The position numbers were made by a program, and so were the translations under genes. A stretch of 64,000 nt of DNA from Rhizodiscina lignyota (Eukaryota). Where the stretch lies: assembly GCA_010015805.1 (NCBI GenBank), contig ML978129.1, positions 248,001 through 312,000 of the forward strand, read 5' to 3'. Below the pieces are notes generated by a model. It saw only the letters and a program-made list of their open reading frames with translations, was not told the DNA's origin and made no database searches. Every line of letters starts with the position of its first letter. The stretch's first letter is position 1. Below are positions 59,320 to 64,000 of this stretch, piece by piece.

Positions 59320-62289
59320 ATGGCGGACATCGGAGCTGCGGCTCTCCGGGTAAGACAATCATAATCTTGCTTGCTCCACACAGATTGCTTTCCTTAGAGT
59401 CGCGTTGCACCACTCGTCATTGTTGCACTGTTACGCCTTCAGCCCTTTCCCGCTCTCATACTCATCGGAAACGCTCAATTGCTGATCAAATGCGATTTAT
59501 CAATACAGCCAGGGCACCGACCGCAGTCGTCCAGATCAGATAGGAGGAATGTACCCAACCAAGATGCTGCTTCTCGGGCTTTTAAACCGGCGCCACAACA
59601 GCAGCTTCCTCAGTCCGATCCAGTAGATGCGCGAGATCTTGCCCGACGGCTTGAGATATATGCTATCGAGCTTCAACTCAGAGCACAGAGCCGACCAGGG
59701 CGGAGTCCGAGCCCACCTCCTCGAAAGCGACCTCCTCCAGATACACCTAGCGCATCTTCGTCTAAAGCTGAATCGCCTTACCGCAGTCTGGATGAGAATC
59801 ACAGCCACCACTTCTCCAGGCCTAATTCTATGATCCCTGAAGCTCTGGCCCGCAGCGTAGAAGTACACAGGATAGAATCGAAGCGAGCATCAGCAATACA
59901 AGTTGCTCGATCGAAAGCACAAGCGCGGCCGAACTCTATAAATCCCAGTTTTGCACTCGCAAATGCTCAGCAGGTGAACGGACTAGCCTCGAGGAGAGTA
60001 AGCCGGACCATGACAGTGTTAAACGCGCAACTTCTCCCGCAAGTACCGGACGACGTGCCTGCCCTGCCTGAGCCGAAAGTGAGGATGGATTTCGATACGT
60101 GGCAAGCGCCCAAAACAACGGAAGAAGCAGTTGGGGCACTGGCGGCTTTGGCAGAAAGAGAATCGATGTTGACGGAACGGCAGGAGCGCGAGCAGGAGCG
60201 CGAGCAGGAGCGAGAGTTGGAGAAAGACCCAAGGATAGAGCAGGGGCAACACTTGACTGTAGACGAGGACGAGCGGCCGTTAACCGCAGTGACCGCAACC
60301 ACCGATGGCCCGACGACTACACACTCACCAGAGCAGGCAGCGATTGATCTAGTGCAAACAGCGGCTCCTGGGACGGTCAAATCAGTGCTGGTACACAAGC
60401 CCACATTGAGTGCAGAGAGTGCTGCGCAGGCGAATGCTTTTACAAGGGAAGGGAGTCTGCACTCGAACAAGAGCAAAGAACAAAGGCCTATTTCTATTGA
60501 GACGGGACCACCACTGCCTGAACCGTCACCATCACTTTCTGGTTTATCACCGTCGCTGCCTGATCCACCACCACCAACCCTTGATCCGTCTCCATTACTG
60601 TCTGAGCTATCCCCATCCTTTCCTGATTCGTCACCATCTCCGAATAATCCGAACAAGAAGCCAGATTGGATGGACTTCCCTCCACGGACTTCATCTCGGC
60701 CGGATAGCATACAAACCAATAAGCGAAAATCTGCAGCGTCCGATAAACGGAAGAGCACGGTGTCTGCACTCAACATCAGCACCATCGATATTCGTAACTC
60801 TCAACATGGTCCTTCACAAACCAATTCCGCCGCACTTCGCTCTCCAGAATTGGTCTCACCTCTCCCATCACCTGGCCTCAGAACTCAACGCAAGTCCCAA
60901 CGCTTTAACGAGCGTGCATTCATTGAAGCTGCCCGTAAACCAGCAAACGATGCTGCAGCCACTGAGGCTGACCGTCGTAGTCGTCACGTCTCAACGAGTA
61001 TGTCGACGATCGACCACAGGCAGAGCATGCGTAGCTTGAGGGCGGCGGCAGAGGCTGGGCGAGTTACGCCTTCATCGCAGAGCCGCCCTACATCTGCTCA
61101 TGGCTCTGACAGATACGGAACTCCAGAGCCGGGAATTCTACCGAAAAAGCAAGAATCAAAACGCTCAAAGGAACGCGCCATGAGAGATAAGGCGGTTAAG
61201 ACCGCTGGTGCTGCCAGTATCGCACCAGTTGCGAAGCCATTAGCAGGAGAAGGCAAAAAGAAGAAAGGGAATGCGCCATCTGCGGCAACAAACGCACCGG
61301 AAACAGGTAGCCTTGCCAGCGGACGCAAGACGCCGACCTCAACAACCACCACTCCAGCCATCCTCAAAAAGTCGACAAAGTCTCCCTCATCCTCACGTCC
61401 ACCATCACGTGGTACTCTTGCAAGCACGAATCGCTCCCGGGCTAACAGCCAAGTCACCGTCTCCTCCCCGCTCGCATCTAATGTTGAATCCGAGCCCCTA
61501 CCCCAAACAACATTCCCAATACAGCAGCCAACCGCACCGAAAAAGCAAAAGTCCCTCCCGATGCTCCCCAAAGAAGATGTACCTAATCCGCCAACACTAC
61601 ACACGAACCACCAACCGTCCATTGATGCTGGCCCATTCCGCTTCCCCGAACTCGCCGCCGAGCAGCGCGCTGCTTCGCCTGCCTTCGTTGGACCACCACC
61701 TGGAATCAATCACTCAAAGAGCCTGTCCAATTTCTCGCGGCCGAGCAGTAGTAGAGGTCTCTACGTTAACGGCAATGCCCCATTTACTATGCCCCCGCCT
61801 CCGGATCCCGTATACAGGAAAAAAACTGGCGAGAGGCGGACGACGAGTACGGCTTCGATTGGCGTGCGAAGTTTCAAATCATTGAGTCGGAAGGCCGGTG
61901 AAGTTGGACGCGCTCATAATCATGCAAGAGACAAGGAGATGGAGATTGAGATTGATCAAACAGGCGGGATGACAGATGCAAGTCTGGCACTCTTGAAGCG
62001 AATGGAAGATGAGTTGAAGACGAGACAATCGAGGCGTGGCTCGGCGAACCTAGACAGCTATGACACCTCTGGTGAGGTGACTAGGGCTACGAGTAGGGTG
62101 TCAAGGTATGTGGCATTAGATGGAAGGACGAGCGTCATGAGTATGCATCAACACTTCCAAGACCATGGCGAGAAGGTTTATGAGGAGAAGGCGCCGATGG
62201 TTAGTGGGCAGGAAAGCTTTGAAAAGGATAGGTCGAGCGGTGCTGGGAAGAAGAAAGGGAGAGGTTGTTTTGGTTGTTTAGGGCGGTGA
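59320..62289 (+). CDS. Hypothetical ~936 aa Pro/Ser/Arg-rich disordered protein
   Basis: Probable 30-nt exon 59320-59349 (ATG..CGG|GTAAGA), intron to CAG 59508, then a 2.8 kb open frame. Internal (QERE)n and PSP repeats; ends KKKGRGCFGCLGR. Confidence 0.8.
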
Positions 62290-62620
62290 CTCTTGGATAG
62301 GGCTGGCATGTATTATAGGTCGGGCGGATGTAGTAGAGTAATGTGTATATATATTGTTCGTGGAATGCTGAAAATACTTTCCCATGCACTTGAATGGTCA
62401 TTTATGATGCTTAACTGTGTAATGGACTGGCTTTCGGCGTCTTTGTGAGATCAGTTGGAGATTGGCAGTTTGAGATATAAATTTTGCGAACTTCAGAATT
62501 AAAATAAGACGTACGATCTACTACATACTAACTAGTAGGTGGTAACTTAGCACAGGCAAGCAGCCCACCGTCGCTTCATAAGGGAATAAGGAGATACGCG
62601 CATGTGGGGTTGAGCAGGTC

Positions 62621-62660
62621 TAGGGTTAGGGTTACACCAATGTTGGCTAAAACAACGCGT
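62621..62660. promoter_or_regulatory. Telobox (TAGGGTTAGGGTTA) and MCB-like element (ACGCGT) upstream of the kinetochore gene
   Basis: Motifs at 62621-62634 and 62655-62660, 150-190 bp upstream of ATG 62807. Confidence 0.45.
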
Positions 62661-62806
62661 TGCTCAAGTTGATAAGTCGTGTCCACTCTTTCTCCACCAT
62701 CACAGTCTAACAGAGCAGAACAGATCCTGATTCTTCAGGGGACTCCGAAAAAAGTTTGATTCTATACTGCCCTTTGTAATCATATCCGCGTGGCGCATAA
62801 CGTACA

Positions 62807-63770
62807 ATGGCTCCATCAACTTCAGCAAGACGACGCGTCCCAGACACAAACTCAGAAGCTCAACCAACATCGCGAAAGCGCAAATCAGATGGAGCTCCCA
62901 ACGAAGCGTCCTCGCGCCCGCACAAGCGCTTCCAATATCTGAAACCCCGTACGCGACGTATATCCCAGAACCTCATCACCTCGAAATGGACGCCGCTTCC
63001 TGCCCCCGCGCAACAGCAAGTCCGCGAGCTGTTCAAAGCAGCCAAACGACCAGTTATACTCGCGCGGCATGATGAGCGCCGCAAGCGCGAGGCGGAGGTT
63101 GTACTGGATCATATGGTGACGAGGCTGGAGAAACAGTTACCAAGGATGCCATTTCCACCAAAGAGCAAGGAGGGTGACTTTGATTTGGATGGATTGGTGG
63201 AGAAGAATGTGTGTTGTTTGTTGGGCTGCATTTGTGGAAGACACTGCTGACATAGTGGTGCAGCGAATGTTGGAAAATCTGGTTACCCCGGCGATACATT
63301 CTATCGAGCTTCTAAAGGCAGAAATTGAGAAGGAGGAGGCGGCTCTCCAAAGGGATAGGGAGACGCTGAGGAGGCTAGAGCGAGATTCCCAGGCCGAGCA
63401 GAGGGCTGCAGAGAGCAGCGTCACCACGGTGAGGACTATCAAAGCTTGACAGTGGTAATACACTAACGTAGCTCTCCAGATCCATCCACTATTGGAGTCT
63501 GGACTTGATTCCGAAACTATTGCGAATGATGCAGAAAGCATCAATATGCAAAAGGCAGATGAAGCGAGCTCAATACCTCTGGAGGATATGGATCACGAGC
63601 TCTTACCATTGATTGCCCAGTTTAGGAGTCACCTGGAGAGCATGCAGGCCAATGCCATGCAAGTCGACGGTTTGAGCGAAGCAATATCAAGAACATCAGC
63701 TGCCCTAAACAGTGCGTTCTACCAGAGGTCTGGAGGCCGTCAATACGAGGCCATATTCGACGTGAGCTGA
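62807..63770 (+). CDS. CENP-Q/Okp1/Fta7-like kinetochore protein
   Basis: Exons 62807-63208, 63264-63428, 63480-63770. YLKPRTRRISQ..I.SKW.PLP, LPRMPFPP, coiled coil SIELLKAEIEKEE..L..D...L..LE, IHPLL, L.PLI.Q..SHLESMQAN. Confidence 0.85.
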
Positions 63771-64000
63771 AGCGGATTGTCGATCCCGTGCGGCTTGGTC
63801 CGGGGGTCCTAACGACTCTGCGCGACGAATTGATGAGCGATGATTCATGTATGCTACTGAAAATCATACCATTGACATAGGATGAAATCCATGAAGCCCA
63901 ATTGTTTAATCTTTATCCCAATTGTCATCGCAGATTCCTAGCCAATGGGGACCGAGGTTTTGAAATGATGTAAGCTCCACCCTCGGCAAAAAGGAACCCG

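Noticed and set aside
60181..60215. CAGGAGCGCGAG tandem repeat
   Set aside because: An ordinary in-frame coding microrepeat (QERE); not CRISPR-like or mobile.
1..64000. Intact transposon, rRNA, complete tRNA, CRISPR array or secondary-metabolite core gene
   Set aside because: No transposase/RT/integrase, PKS/NRPS motifs, full cloverleaf or spacer-repeat array were recognised by eye.

Overview
Eukaryotic, intron-containing DNA from a filamentous ascomycete (Pezizomycotina; class not determinable here). About 20 protein-coding genes are supportable. Recognisable families: two MFS sugar transporters, PhoD alkaline phosphatase, acyltransferase-3, C2H2 and triple Zn2Cys6 proteins, a ZZ-like/3xWW protein, a secreted CFEM-like protein, a Crh1-type GH16, a DUF924-like protein, alkaline ceramidase, a DOCK-family Rac GEF, GH2 beta-mannosidase and a CENP-Q-like kinetochore protein. 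The rest are orphan, disordered or membrane proteins. The most striking observation is that the otherwise intact alkaline ceramidase gene has an in-frame TGA at codon 4, where homologues appear to have Trp. That TGA sits exactly in the known TGA-CTA ribosomal readthrough context, so full-length enzyme may require stop-codon recoding. Nearby lie a head-to-head pair of paralogous genes with apparently degenerate catalytic sites, a tRNA-like relic, AT-rich decayed DNA and orphan ORFs. All gene models were spliced by eye and family assignments come from motif recognition, not database searches.
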